NCBI GenBank assembly: GCA_963555995.3
Contig: OY821641.1
Coordinates: forward strand, 1,568,001-1,632,000
DNA: 64,000 nt
Source: Vicinamibacteria bacterium
GTDB lineage: Bacteria; Acidobacteriota; Vicinamibacteria; Marinacidobacterales; Marinacidobacteraceae
Reading direction: 5' to 3'
Shown here piece after piece: positions 23,301 to 36,104 of the stretch. A program made the translations under genes and the position numbers. Numbering within the stretch: the stretch's first letter is position 1; every line of letters begins with the position of its first letter. Below the pieces are notes generated by a model. That model was not told the DNA's origin and did not search any database. It worked only from the letters and a program-made list of their open reading frames with translations.

Positions 23301-23940
23301 GCTCGGCTTCTACTGGGAAGGACATCCCGCAACGGAATACCGGACGGCGCTCGAGACGATCATCACCGGTCCGGTGAAGGCGGCGCTCGATGCGAAGCCG
23401 AAGGCGGCGGCCGGGATCGTCGGACTCGTGCGCGAGTTGCGGAAGCGGACGACGAGGGCCGGCCGGCCGATGGGCCAGTTCAGCCTCGAAGATGAAACCG
23501 GGGTGATCGGGGTGGTGGTTTTCCCCGACCTGTGGGAGTCCTGCCCGACTCTCGACGGCGAGCCCGTCGTGGTGGTCCAGGGAAACCTGCGGGGGGACGG
23601 CCCGGAGGCCGCCGGAGGCGGCCGCCGCCGTAGCCAGCGGGGCGAACTGGCCGCTTCCGAGATTCTGCTTGCGGACGAGGCGCCCTACCTGCTGGCCCGC
23701 GAGGTGGAACTGCTGGTGGCGGAGCCGGAACGGTTGGCGGGCGCACTGCGGGACCTGCTCCGGGAGCACCCCGGGCGGAGACCGCTGCGCCTGCGGGTCC
23801 GGGTTCGCGGAATCGAGGTCCTGATCGAGACCGCGACGCCGGTCCGGCCAAGCCGGGCCTTCGCCCGCGCCGCCTGGGAGCTGCTGGGGCCCGACACCGT
23901 GCTCCTCGACGGCCAGGCGCCCCCTTCCTTCGCCCACTGA
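20317..23940 (+). CDS. dnaE: DNA polymerase III alpha subunit
   Basis: FVHLHTHTEYSLLDG, GPGRGSAAGS, PDIDVDF, KMDFLGL, FAGYGFNRSH; start is TTG 20317 or GTG 20341. Confidence 0.96.
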   Translation: MSGAASGAVGNRPFVHLHTHTEYSLLDGMSRLSDVVGRAAREGMPAVAITDHGNLIGALKFHEAAREVGVKPILGCEAYVAPGSRREQNPDSENQHLVLLAKNRTGFRNLMRLSSIAYSEGFYFKPRMDFELLAEHHEGLIALSACPKGIVPREVVTGGDPVEWAGRYQEVFGKDNYYLEIMDHTPPGGATPEGARLSDLELRIRSGVVEVARKTGIPLVGTNDSHYASARDADAHDLRLCISTNRPVKDPRRLKFHSDQFFFKTSRQMEAVFEDCPEAYRNTLEIAGRIEDFELVDERSLLPDFEVPAGTTLDAHFEESARSGLARRLDSPEVHGARPPRGDYEDRLGVELDVIRQTGYSAYFLIVQDFVRFAQDRGIPVGPGRGSAAGSLVAYALGITDIDPLPHGLLFERFLNSERISPPDIDVDFCEVRREEVLDYVTETYGSDRVAQIMTLGTMQAKLVVRDVGRMLELPPPQVDRLAKLIPERMSLAQALESVSELREARRNPDFDRLFGLAERLEGLPRSVGTHAAGVVIAPGPLEEILPLYRDVETKRLDSGGGAASGQGVIVRRRTQWDMKDCERAGLFKMDFLGLRNLTQIEDCARRVQEDPNTARTAGEGEALALIRAGRFEKVPPDPETFRLFARADTDGIFQFESPGMRDLLSRYKPENLDDLAAMNALYRPGPLESGMADDFVAAKANGRLSDKLDPRVRNLVPETRGLIVYQEQVMLVAQKLAGFSLNRADGLRKAMGKKDPEAMAREEGGFVEGAVAGGLSRRVAQETFQQIAKFAGYGFNRSHAVGYALVAYVAGWLKTHFPLHFIASLLTAQHRAGDKDERIARIRQGALARGVEVLPADIQHSGAEALVEGGGVRYGLGAIKQVGDRAAREIERARRECGRFDSLRHFLEAVEPKSLNRAVVESLACAGALDFLGVPRSRILPAIPDALDAANRARGRQEAGVQSLFGGGSEPPVDVFPEAPAWSDAERLRREREALGFYWEGHPATEYRTALETIITGPVKAALDAKPKAAAGIVGLVRELRKRTTRAGRPMGQFSLEDETGVIGVVVFPDLWESCPTLDGEPVVVVQGNLRGDGPEAAGGGRRRSQRGELAASEILLADEAPYLLAREVELLVAEPERLAGALRDLLREHPGRRPLRLRVRVRGIEVLIETATPVRPSRAFARAAWELLGPDTVLLDGQAPPSFAH

Positions 23941-24026
23941 CCGCACGGGTTTCCGTTTCCTGCGTCCCTTTCCGCGCGCCTGTTGGTACGAGATTTGCCT
24001 GACGCGCGCTCGCTACACTTCCCATC

Positions 24027-25082
24027 GTGCAGCGCGAGTTCCTCGACTTCGAGGCTGACATCCAGGCGATCGTTCAGCGGATCGAAGCACTGACCGGATA
24101 TCCCGACAGCCACCGGGCGGAGATCGCCGGGCTGGAACGGGAACTGCTACGCCGTCGTCGGCGAATCTATGCCGGCCTGACACCCTGGCAGCGGGTGCGG
24201 GTGGCGCGCCACCCCGAGCGTCCCTACGCGCTCGACCACGTGAACCGGATCTTCACCGGCTTCACGGAGATCCACGGGGACCGCCGCTACGCGGACGATC
24301 CGGCCGTCATCGGGGGGCCGGCGTGGCTCGCGGGAGCGCCGGTCATGGTGATCGGACAGCAAAAGGGCCGGGACACGGCCGAGCGCATCCACCGCAACTA
24401 CGGCATGCCGCGCCCGGAGGGCTACCGAAAGGCCCTCCGCCTCATGAAAATGGCCGAAAAGTTCGGCAGACCGGTGGTCGCGCTGGTGGACACGCCGGGG
24501 GCGTTTCCCGGTATCGAAGCCGAGGAGCGGGGCCAGGCCGAGGCCATCGCGCTCAATCTGCGCGAGATGGCCCGGCTCGACGTCCCGGTGGTGGTTGCCA
24601 TCATCGGGGAGGGAGGGAGTGGCGGGGCGCTCGGGATCGCCGTGGGCGACCGGATCCTGATGATGGAGAACGCGATCTACTCGGTGATCTCTCCCGAGGG
24701 GTGCGCCGCGATCCTGTGGAAGGACCCGGAACGCGCCTACGCGGCGACCGAGGAGGCGGCAGCGCGCATGCGCGTCACCGCACCGGAGCATCTCAGGAAC
24801 GGCCTGATCGACGAGATCGTCCCGGAACCGCCGGGAGGGGCCCACGCGGACCACGAGGCCGCAGCGGAACTCCTCGGGGAGCGCCTGCGCGCCGCGCTCC
24901 GCGATGTTTCGGAACGTTCTCCGGTGGACCGCCGTGAGACGCGCTACCGGAAGTTCCGGAGTATGGGGAACTCCGGTCTGGAGGAGGCCCCCTCCCTGGT
25001 AGATCGGGGTCCGTCCGCTCCGGTGGACCGAGAAGCGGGGGGAGGCCGCGCCGCGGGCCGCCGGCCGGCGAACCCGGCCTGA
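24027..25082 (+). CDS. accA: Acetyl-CoA carboxylase carboxyltransferase alpha
   Basis: ARHPERP, GMPRPEGYRKA, DTPGAFPG, GEGGSGGA, YSVISPEGCA. Confidence 0.97.
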   Translation: MQREFLDFEADIQAIVQRIEALTGYPDSHRAEIAGLERELLRRRRRIYAGLTPWQRVRVARHPERPYALDHVNRIFTGFTEIHGDRRYADDPAVIGGPAWLAGAPVMVIGQQKGRDTAERIHRNYGMPRPEGYRKALRLMKMAEKFGRPVVALVDTPGAFPGIEAEERGQAEAIALNLREMARLDVPVVVAIIGEGGSGGALGIAVGDRILMMENAIYSVISPEGCAAILWKDPERAYAATEEAAARMRVTAPEHLRNGLIDEIVPEPPGGAHADHEAAAELLGERLRAALRDVSERSPVDRRETRYRKFRSMGNSGLEEAPSLVDRGPSAPVDREAGGGRAAGRRPANPA

Positions 25083-25087
25083 TCCAG

Positions 25088-27220
25088 TTGTTCCCTCGCG
25101 CCCGTTCCCGCGCGCGCCGCCCGGGCGCGCCCGTCTTCTCGAGATGGATCGGCCCGGCGATCAGCGTGCTCCTCTTCGCGGGGTTCACGGTGTTCCTGGT
25201 CCTGCGGCTCCAGGAAGGATTCGAGCGGCGGGCCGGGGAATGGTTCGGATCGGCCGACGAGGTGCCCGTCGAACCGGAGGAGGTGGTCTCGACCGAGGTC
25301 GAGTTCACGCGCTTCGATGAACAGGGCCGGCTGGTGCTCGAAGGGCGGGCGGAGCAGGCGCTTGGCCGGAGCGATGGCCAGCAGCGCTTTCTCGAGGTCG
25401 AGGTCCGCCTGATCGACGTCCTTGCCGACGGAGATGCAGTGGTGGCCGCCGACGAACTCCTGCTCGATCCCCGGACCGAGGCGGTCGAGTTCATCGGCAA
25501 TGCCCTCCTCAGCGTCGAGGGTCTCGAGCTCTCGGGACCGCACCTCCACTTCCGGACCGCGCCGGACCGCCTCTGGTCACGCGACCCGGTGCAGTTCCGG
25601 AGCGACGACTTCGTCGGGATCGCCGCCTCGATGCAGTTCGAGGTCGCTGCCGGCAACGTGTCCCTGCAGGGTGTGGTGGCGGCCCCGGCCGCCGAGGACG
25701 GTTTCGCCGTCGTCGCGGAGCGGGTGCGCTTCGACGGCGAGACGGCCGACACGTCGCTCTTCGGCGATGTCGAGATCACCTCGGAGGCGCTCGTCCTCTT
25801 CTCGCAGGACGCGGTCATCGCCCGCCGCGACCGGGAGCGCGGCCGGATGCGTTCCATCGAAGCCGGGTTCGGAACCGAACTCACCTTTCTGGATCCGTCG
25901 GACCCGGCGGATGACCTCCCGGTGGCGGAGGCGGCCGCGGAGCCATGGACGCTGCGCGGAGACGCACTCGAAATCAGCCTCGAGGATGGACGGATTCCGC
26001 GCCGCGTGCGGGTGCAGGAGAACCCCTCGCTGCAGCAGGGCGCCGGAATCGAGCTGCGCGGCGACGAGGGAACGTTCGAGCTCGATCCCGGCGGGACTCC
26101 CGAGCGGCTGAGCCTGACGGGTGAGGTGAGGTCGCGTCTTCCCGGCGGTCCGGGAGCGAGGTATCTGGTCTCCGTCGAGTCGTCGGAGCTGGAGGTGGTT
26201 TTCGATCCGCGGGGGGACATCGCCGAAGCCGCGTTCCACGGGCGGGTCGGGGCGCGCCACGGCCGGGCGTCCGCCACCGCGGAGAGCGCCCGCTGGGACG
26301 GCGTGGACACGCTCGTGCTCGAAGGCAATCCACGGCTGGTGGATTCGTCGCTCCTGGAACTCGAGAGCGGCGATCTGCGGCTCGTGATCGCGGAGCCCAG
26401 TCGCGTCGAGGCGAAGGATGCGGTGACCGCCCGGTTCCTCCCGGCCCGCCTGGACTGGTTGCCGGGCCGGTTCGAAGGAGTGGTGCTGACCGGAGATTCC
26501 GCGGTGATGGAGACGGGCAGTGGGGTGGGCGTCTTCACGGGAGGGGTGCGGCTGCTGTTCGGCAGGAACCGGCTGCTGTCGGAGCGGGTCAACGTGGACG
26601 CGGAAGCCCGAACGCTGGAGGGCACGGGTCAGGTCGTCACGTCGCTCGAACTCGAAATCCCGCCCCCGGCCGCCCGGGAGCCGGATCGGCAGGATCTCGA
26701 TGCCGTTCTCCCGGCGGCGGAGACCGCCCCGGCCGCCGTCCCGACGGCGGGGGCGGATGCCGCTCCTCCCCCGGAGGGCGAGGCTTCTCCGTCGCCGTTC
26801 GTGTTCCGGGCCCGGGCCGAGCGGTTCCGCTACGAAGCGAACAGCTCGCAACTTTCCTACCGAGGGAACCCCGGGTTGGAACGGGTGGACGCTTCGGGTG
26901 AGGTCAGCCGGCTCGTCGCCGGGCGGATCGAGGCGGACCTGACGGAGGAGGGATCGCTCGGAGCGCTGCGCGGGGTTCAGGGAGCCCGCTTCGAGCGGGA
27001 CGGCGACCTGGTGCGCGGCTCCCGCATCCGCTACGAGCCCGGCGCCGACCTCCTGCTGGCGTGGGGTTCGCCGGCCGTGGTGAGGGTCGAGGGCAGGACC
27101 TCGGAGGGCGGCCTCCTGGAACTCGGCCTGGGCGACGATCGGACCGAGATTCACCCGACCCGGCGGCGGCGCGCGCTCACCCGAGCCCTCATCACCCGCG
27201 AGGAGCCGTCCCGCCGGTGA
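25088..27220 (+). CDS. Long LptC/LptA (OstA-like beta-jellyroll) LPS transport protein
   Basis: Single N-terminal TM, beta-rich repeats, directly upstream of lptB; call rests on context and composition. Confidence 0.7.
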   Translation: MFPRARSRARRPGAPVFSRWIGPAISVLLFAGFTVFLVLRLQEGFERRAGEWFGSADEVPVEPEEVVSTEVEFTRFDEQGRLVLEGRAEQALGRSDGQQRFLEVEVRLIDVLADGDAVVAADELLLDPRTEAVEFIGNALLSVEGLELSGPHLHFRTAPDRLWSRDPVQFRSDDFVGIAASMQFEVAAGNVSLQGVVAAPAAEDGFAVVAERVRFDGETADTSLFGDVEITSEALVLFSQDAVIARRDRERGRMRSIEAGFGTELTFLDPSDPADDLPVAEAAAEPWTLRGDALEISLEDGRIPRRVRVQENPSLQQGAGIELRGDEGTFELDPGGTPERLSLTGEVRSRLPGGPGARYLVSVESSELEVVFDPRGDIAEAAFHGRVGARHGRASATAESARWDGVDTLVLEGNPRLVDSSLLELESGDLRLVIAEPSRVEAKDAVTARFLPARLDWLPGRFEGVVLTGDSAVMETGSGVGVFTGGVRLLFGRNRLLSERVNVDAEARTLEGTGQVVTSLELEIPPPAAREPDRQDLDAVLPAAETAPAAVPTAGADAAPPPEGEASPSPFVFRARAERFRYEANSSQLSYRGNPGLERVDASGEVSRLVAGRIEADLTEEGSLGALRGVQGARFERDGDLVRGSRIRYEPGADLLLAWGSPAVVRVEGRTSEGGLLELGLGDDRTEIHPTRRRRALTRALITREEPSRR

Positions 27221-27227
27221 ACGGATC

Positions 27228-28067
27228 TTGAGCGTACCGGTAGCGGGACTGCCCGCCGCGCGGAACGCCGGTAGCGGCGCGCCTCGCGTTGCGGCGGGCG
27301 GAGGCGGAGCGCCGGCGACGGACCGGGAAGCGGGCGCGGCGCACGTCCTGGCCTGTCACGACCTGGTCAAGAGCTACGGCATGCGCCGGGTCGTGGATGA
27401 GGTGACGGTACGGGTGGAGAGCGGCGAGGTGGTGGGACTCCTGGGACCCAACGGCGCCGGCAAGACCACCACGTTCCGCATGATCGTCGGGTTGATCCAG
27501 CCGGACTCCGGAACCGTCTCGCTGGACGAACGGAACCTCACCGGACTGGCCATGCACCGCCGGGCGCGCTCGGGCATCGGATATCTCCCGCAGGAACCAT
27601 CCATCTTCCGGGGCCTCACCGTCGAGGAGAACGTGCTGGCCATCCTCGAGGCGGTGCCCCGGATGGGACGGCGCGAGCGGCGCGAGCGGGCCGGGGCGCT
27701 GCTCGCCGAGTTCGGCCTCACCGAGCGCCGGCGCAACCTGGGGCACTCCCTTTCCGGGGGAGAGCGCCGGCGGGCGGAGATCGCCCGCGCGCTCGCGCCA
27801 GATCCCCGCTTCCTGTTGCTGGACGAACCCTTCGCCGCCATTGATCCGATCGCGGTTTCCGAGCTGCAGCGGATCGTCGGCAGCCTGCGCGACCGGGGAC
27901 TCGGCGTGCTCGTCACCGATCACAGCGTGCGCGAGACCCTCCGGGTCACCGACCGGGCATACATCATTGAAGAAGGCCGCATCCTGTTCGAGGGCACGCC
28001 CGCGGAACTGGTGGAGAGCCCCGAGGTGCGCCGGGCCTACCTCGGCGAGGATTTCGACTGGCAGTGA
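27228..28067 (+). CDS. lptB: LPS export ABC ATP-binding protein
   Basis: [39 protein letters not shown]; start uncertain. Confidence 0.95.
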   Translation: MSVPVAGLPAARNAGSGAPRVAAGGGGAPATDREAGAAHVLACHDLVKSYGMRRVVDEVTVRVESGEVVGLLGPNGAGKTTTFRMIVGLIQPDSGTVSLDERNLTGLAMHRRARSGIGYLPQEPSIFRGLTVEENVLAILEAVPRMGRRERRERAGALLAEFGLTERRRNLGHSLSGGERRRAEIARALAPDPRFLLLDEPFAAIDPIAVSELQRIVGSLRDRGLGVLVTDHSVRETLRVTDRAYIIEEGRILFEGTPAELVESPEVRRAYLGEDFDWQ

Positions 28068-29557
28068 GCACGAGGCCGGGAACCCGCACGGAGTTGCGGG
28101 TCGGGGCACGCCAGCAGCAGCGGCTCACGTTGACGCCGCAGGTGCGGCAGACCATCGAGATGCTCGTGCTGCCCCTCACCGAGCTCCGGGTTCGGGTGCA
28201 GCAGGAGCTGCTCCAGAACCCCGCGCTCGAGGAGGTGGCCGAAGAGGAGGAAGAGGATTCCGAATCCGAGGACCTGGAAGCGGAGGGGGAGAGCGAGGCG
28301 GAGGAGAGCGCGCCCGACGACGACCCCGACCCGATGGCGGAGATCGAGGCCGAGGACTTCTTCCAGGAGAACCAGGACAACACCGGAGGGCTGGCTCTCG
28401 GCGAGGAACCGCCCGCCCTCGAGCGGACGCTGGCGGCCGGCCGCACGCTCGCCCAGCACCTGATCGAGCAGCTCGGTCCGTCCGTCGAGACGGAACTCGA
28501 GCGGAGGATCGGCCTCGAGATCATCGGGAACCTCGACGAGCGCGGGTATCTCGACGCCTCGGTTGCCGAGATCGCCGCCGCCGTCGGAGTGCCGGACGAT
28601 CAGGTCGAGGCGATGCGCCGGCGCATCCTGCGTTTCGATCCGACCGGCGTCGCCGCCCTCGATCTGGCGGAGTGCCTGCTGGCGCAGCTCGAGGCGGCCG
28701 GCCAGTCCGCCGGGCCGCTCGGCAGGATCGTGGGGGAGCACCTGGATCTCGTCATCCGGGAGCGTTTTCGGGAACTCGCCCGCGTCATGGGCGCGGAGGT
28801 CACCGTCGTGATGCGTTGGGTTCGCCGGATCGGGGAACTGGATTTCCGCCCCGGCAGCCAGTTCGCGCCGGGTCCGGAGCAGGTGGTGGTGCCGGACGCC
28901 CGGGTCTACCTGTTCAACGGAGAGTGGCGGGTCGAGATGAGCGACGGGATTCCGAAGCTCCGCACCAGTCCGGCCTACCGGATGGTGTTGAAGAGTCCCG
29001 ACCGGCACACCCCGCAGGAGCAGGCGTTTGCGCGCGAGGCCTGGGTCCGCGCGAAGGGATTCCAGCGGTCGGTGCAGCAGCGCCAGGAGACCGTTCGGCT
29101 GGTCGCGGAGGACATCGTGCGCAAGCAGACCGCGTTCCTGAACCGGGGAATCGCCCACATCCGGCCGCTCGTCCTGAACGACGTCGCGCAGGACATCGGG
29201 CGCGCGGAATCCACGGTCTCGCGAGTGGTGAGCAACAAGTTCCTGGAGACTCCCCGCGGCGTCATCCCCTTCCGGCGTTTCTTCCACAGCGCCCTGGCGC
29301 TGCGCGACGGGCGCCAGGTGTCATCGGAGGCGGTCCGGGCTCGCGTGCAGCGGATCGTCGAACGCGAAGATCCCGAGCATCCGCTGGCTGACGACCAGAT
29401 CGTGCAGCTTCTCGACCGCGAGGGGATCATCATCGCGCGCCGCACGGTGGCCAAGTACCGCAAGTCCCTCCGAATCCCGTCCTCCAACGAACGGCGCGCC
29501 CGCTACCGCAACCGCGCCCCCGGACGGACTTCCGGCTGGGGATCCGCCAGAGGTTGA
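28064..29557 (+). CDS. rpoN: RNA polymerase sigma-54 factor
   Basis: Q-rich region [21 protein letters not shown], RpoN box ARRTVAKYR. Confidence 0.95.
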   Translation: MSTRPGTRTELRVGARQQQRLTLTPQVRQTIEMLVLPLTELRVRVQQELLQNPALEEVAEEEEEDSESEDLEAEGESEAEESAPDDDPDPMAEIEAEDFFQENQDNTGGLALGEEPPALERTLAAGRTLAQHLIEQLGPSVETELERRIGLEIIGNLDERGYLDASVAEIAAAVGVPDDQVEAMRRRILRFDPTGVAALDLAECLLAQLEAAGQSAGPLGRIVGEHLDLVIRERFRELARVMGAEVTVVMRWVRRIGELDFRPGSQFAPGPEQVVVPDARVYLFNGEWRVEMSDGIPKLRTSPAYRMVLKSPDRHTPQEQAFAREAWVRAKGFQRSVQQRQETVRLVAEDIVRKQTAFLNRGIAHIRPLVLNDVAQDIGRAESTVSRVVSNKFLETPRGVIPFRRFFHSALALRDGRQVSSEAVRARVQRIVEREDPEHPLADDQIVQLLDREGIIIARRTVAKYRKSLRIPSSNERRARYRNRAPGRTSGWGSARG

Positions 29558-29590
29558 CCGGCAGCGGCGGCTCCCGGATACTGCCCGGCG

Positions 29591-30082
29591 ATGATCGGCA
29601 TCGTGGTGGTCACCCACGGGCAACTGGCGAGAGAGCTCGTAGCGGCCGCGGAAATGATCACCGGCGAGGACATTCCCAACGCCACCAGTGTTTCCATCGG
29701 CTGGCACGACGCTCCCGACGATGCCCAGCGAGCCATCGTGACGGCGGTGGAACGCGTCTCCGGAACGGAGGGGGCGGTCATCCTGACGGACATGTTCGGG
29801 GGGACGCCGTCCAACCTGGCGCTCAGCCTCCTCAACGAGGGCCAGGTGGAAGTCGTGACGGGGGTGAACCTTCCCATGCTCATCCGCCTGGTCTCGATCC
29901 GCGAGGAAGAACAGGTCGGCCCGGCCGAAGCGGCGCGGGCGGCGCTCTTCCAGGGCAAGGAGAACATCTATCTCGCCTCCGAACTGCTCGGGGGCGGGCT
30001 CCGGGCCGCAACGGCGAGCGAGGAGTCCGGCAAGGCGCCGGACACGGTTCCCGAGGATCAGGCCGGCCCGGACCGGGACTGA
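29591..30082 (+). CDS. PTS EIIA, mannose/fructose type
   Basis: IVVVTHG, TDMFGGTPSN, GVNLPML. Confidence 0.9.
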   Translation: MIGIVVVTHGQLARELVAAAEMITGEDIPNATSVSIGWHDAPDDAQRAIVTAVERVSGTEGAVILTDMFGGTPSNLALSLLNEGQVEVVTGVNLPMLIRLVSIREEEQVGPAEAARAALFQGKENIYLASELLGGGLRAATASEESGKAPDTVPEDQAGPDRD

Positions 30083-30100
30083 CCCGGAAAAGAAGGGAGC

Positions 30101-30409
30101 GTGCCGGAACGGATCGTCCTGGTCACGAACCAGTTGGGGATGCACGCCCGCGCGGCGGCGCGCTTCGTGAAGACCGCGGCGCGTTACGAAGCCGTGGTGA
30201 CGGTGACCCGCGGCGAGACCACCATTGACGGCAAGAGCATCCTGGGGCTTCTGTTCCTGGCCGCGGCCAAGGGCAGCCGGCTGCGGATCCACACCTCGGG
30301 GCGCGAGGCGGAACCGGCGCTCGAGGCCCTGACCAGGCTGGTCCGCGACGGGATCGGAGATCCGCCCGAGTCGGGGACCGACGGCGCCGGGGCGGGTGAG
30401 CGGCGATGA
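30101..30409 (+). CDS. ptsH: HPr phosphocarrier
   Basis: GMHARAAA (His15), DGKSILGL (Ser46). Confidence 0.92.
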   Translation: MPERIVLVTNQLGMHARAAARFVKTAARYEAVVTVTRGETTIDGKSILGLLFLAAAKGSRLRIHTSGREAEPALEALTRLVRDGIGDPPESGTDGAGAGERR

Positions 30410-32178
30410 TGGTCGCGGTCTCCCGGAGCGATGCCGGCCGGCCCCGCCCCGGGGAGACCGTTCTGCGCGGTGAACCGGCGGCGCCGGGAATCTGCGTGGC
30501 GCCCACGATCGTCTTCGAGCGGCGCGCCGTCCCGGTGTTCCGGGTGGAAGTCAGGCGGCGGGAGATCGGGCAGGAAATCCGCCGCTTCACCGAGGCCCGC
30601 GAGCGGGCAGCGGAACAACTCCGCGAGATCCGCGAGTCCACCCGGCGCGCGCTGGGACAGGACCGCGCCTACCTGTTCGAGGCGCAGCGCCTGATGCTCG
30701 GCGACCCGCTCCTGGTCGAGCGGGTGCAGGAAGTGATCCGGTCCGAGCGCGTGAACGCCGAGTGGGCGGTGCGGACCGTGCTGCGGGAACTCGAGGCGAT
30801 CTTCGACGGGCTCGCCGACGAGTACCTGCGGCAGCGGAAGGGTGACATCGCGGATGTCGGCGGGCGGCTGCTCCAGAACCTGGGCGGCGCCGCCCGTCCG
30901 TCCCTCGAACGCTGGGAACGCCGGCACGTGGTCGCCGCGGACGATCTGCGTCCCTCGGACACCGCCGAGCTCGACTGGGGCAAGGTCCAGGGCGTCATCA
31001 TGGAGGCGGGCGGGCCGACGTACCACACCGCGATCCTGGCCCGGACCCACGACGTGCCCTGCGTGACCGGGATTCCCGCTCTGCTCGACCACATCCATAC
31101 CGACCTGCCGGTCGTCGTGGACGGCTCCGAGGGAATCGTGGTAGTGAATCCGGCGCGGGAGACCGTGGCCGGGTACCGCCGGAAGCGTGAGCGGGAACGG
31201 GAACGCCGCCGCCGCCTGCTGGCCGCCACGGCGTCGCAGGCCCGTACCGCGAACGGCGAGCGGGTCGTCCTGATGGCGAACATGGACGAACCGGGCGAGA
31301 TTGATCTCGTCCGCCGCCACGGCGCCGAGGGGGTCGGCCTCTTCCGTACCGAACGGATCGCCGTCCAGGAGATCCCCTCCGAGGAGGAACAGTTCCGGAT
31401 CTACCGGGACCTGGCCCAGGCGCTCGAACCGCATCCGCTGGTGATCCGGGCGTTCGATCTCACCGCGACGGACATCGGCCGCGCGCCGGAGCTGAACCCC
31501 GCGCTCGGGCTGCGCGGCGCCCGGCTGCTGGTGATGGCGTCCGGCATCTTCGAGACCCAGATTCGGGCGGTGCTCCGTGCCGCGGTGCACGGCAAGGTCC
31601 AGTTGATGTTCCCGATGGTGGGCGGGCTCGAGGAGTTCCGGGCGGCGCGCACGCATGTCCGGGCGGCGATCCGGACGCTCCGCTACCGGGACGCGCCGTT
31701 TCGGGAGGTTCCGGTCGGCGCGATGCTGGAGGTGCCCTCGGCGGCGGCGACCGCCGACCTGCTGGGGCAGGAGGCGGAGTTCCTCAGCATCGGAACCAAC
31801 GATCTGATGCAGTACCTCTTCGGCGTGGACCGGGCGAACGAACGCGTCGCGCACTTCAGCGATCCGCTCCATCCCGCGCTCCTCCGCACCCTCCGGTTCG
31901 TGGCCCGCGTCTGCCGCCGTACCGGCCTGCCGCTGGCGGTCTGCGGCGAGGTCGCGGCGGAACCGCTCATGATTCCGCTGCTGCTGGGCTTCGGGGTGCG
32001 GACGTTCTCGATGAGTCCGAACGCCATACCCGAGACGAAGCGCCTGATTGCGGTTCAGGACACGCGCCGGGCCGAGGAGATCGCCCAGCAGAGCGTTCGG
32101 CTGACGACGTCGCGGCGGGTCCGCGCCCGCGTCCTGCGGGCCGTCCGGGAGAGGAGTTCCACAACGGATTCGGGGTAG
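30406..32178 (+). CDS. ptsI: PEP-protein phosphotransferase (enzyme I)
   Basis: GGPTYHTAILAR, GLFRTE, NPALGLRG, SIGTNDL, CGE. Confidence 0.93.
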   Translation: MMVAVSRSDAGRPRPGETVLRGEPAAPGICVAPTIVFERRAVPVFRVEVRRREIGQEIRRFTEARERAAEQLREIRESTRRALGQDRAYLFEAQRLMLGDPLLVERVQEVIRSERVNAEWAVRTVLRELEAIFDGLADEYLRQRKGDIADVGGRLLQNLGGAARPSLERWERRHVVAADDLRPSDTAELDWGKVQGVIMEAGGPTYHTAILARTHDVPCVTGIPALLDHIHTDLPVVVDGSEGIVVVNPARETVAGYRRKRERERERRRRLLAATASQARTANGERVVLMANMDEPGEIDLVRRHGAEGVGLFRTERIAVQEIPSEEEQFRIYRDLAQALEPHPLVIRAFDLTATDIGRAPELNPALGLRGARLLVMASGIFETQIRAVLRAAVHGKVQLMFPMVGGLEEFRAARTHVRAAIRTLRYRDAPFREVPVGAMLEVPSAAATADLLGQEAEFLSIGTNDLMQYLFGVDRANERVAHFSDPLHPALLRTLRFVARVCRRTGLPLAVCGEVAAEPLMIPLLLGFGVRTFSMSPNAIPETKRLIAVQDTRRAEEIAQQSVRLTTSRRVRARVLRAVRERSSTTDSG

Positions 32179-32219
32179 CCGAAGAACGTTCCCAGCCGTT
32201 TCGACCGTCTGCACCCGGT

Positions 32220-32490
32220 AGGTGGTGCTGTGAAAAACACGCGGTAAAGGAAACAGATGGAAGCGAACCCTCGGTTCGCTTCCGGCGATTTCGGGGGAAA
32301 GTGTGAAAGGGGGTTACCCCCTTTCACAAGAAAGTAACGACAAATCGGAACTCGCCGAAGCGTGCGCCAGCACGCGAGGGAGTTTCGATTTGCGGCGCGA
32401 AGCGCCGGGCGGTTCCCGGATGGGCCCCCACTTTCCATGAGCGATGGGATCCACCTTGGCCCCCGATCGTGGCCCATCCGGGGACCGCTC
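32220..32490. repeat. Cluster of consecutive hairpins between convergent ptsI and dnaE2
   Basis: Stems at 32259-32283, 32302-32328, 32341-32392 and 32409-32488; lower GC than flanks. Confidence 0.6.
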
Positions 32491-32496
32491 GACGGA

Positions 32497-35898
<3,402 letters not shown>

Positions 35899-35914
35899 GA
35901 AGCCTGATGGCTAG

Positions 35915-36093
35915 TAGCCGGTGGGCAAAGTGGCGTGAGCGCCGAAAGCGGTGAGGCGCCCGGCTGACAAGGCGCGCGAGGTAGGAATACCAGAGGTCTT
36001 TCGACCGATGCGCAACGACGAGCGCCGCGGAGCGGCGCGGTTCAGCCGGGATGCATCGCCGCTTGAACGCCACGCCACTTTGTTCACCGGCTG
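35915..36093 (-). mobile_element. 179-bp MITE copy C (divergent) between imuB and dnaE2
   Basis: TIR tagccggtgggcaaagtggcgtg / cacgccactttgttcaccggctg; flanks CTAG and CTGG; same length and internal motifs as other copies. Confidence 0.8.
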
Positions 36094-36104
36094 CTGGACA
36101 TCAG

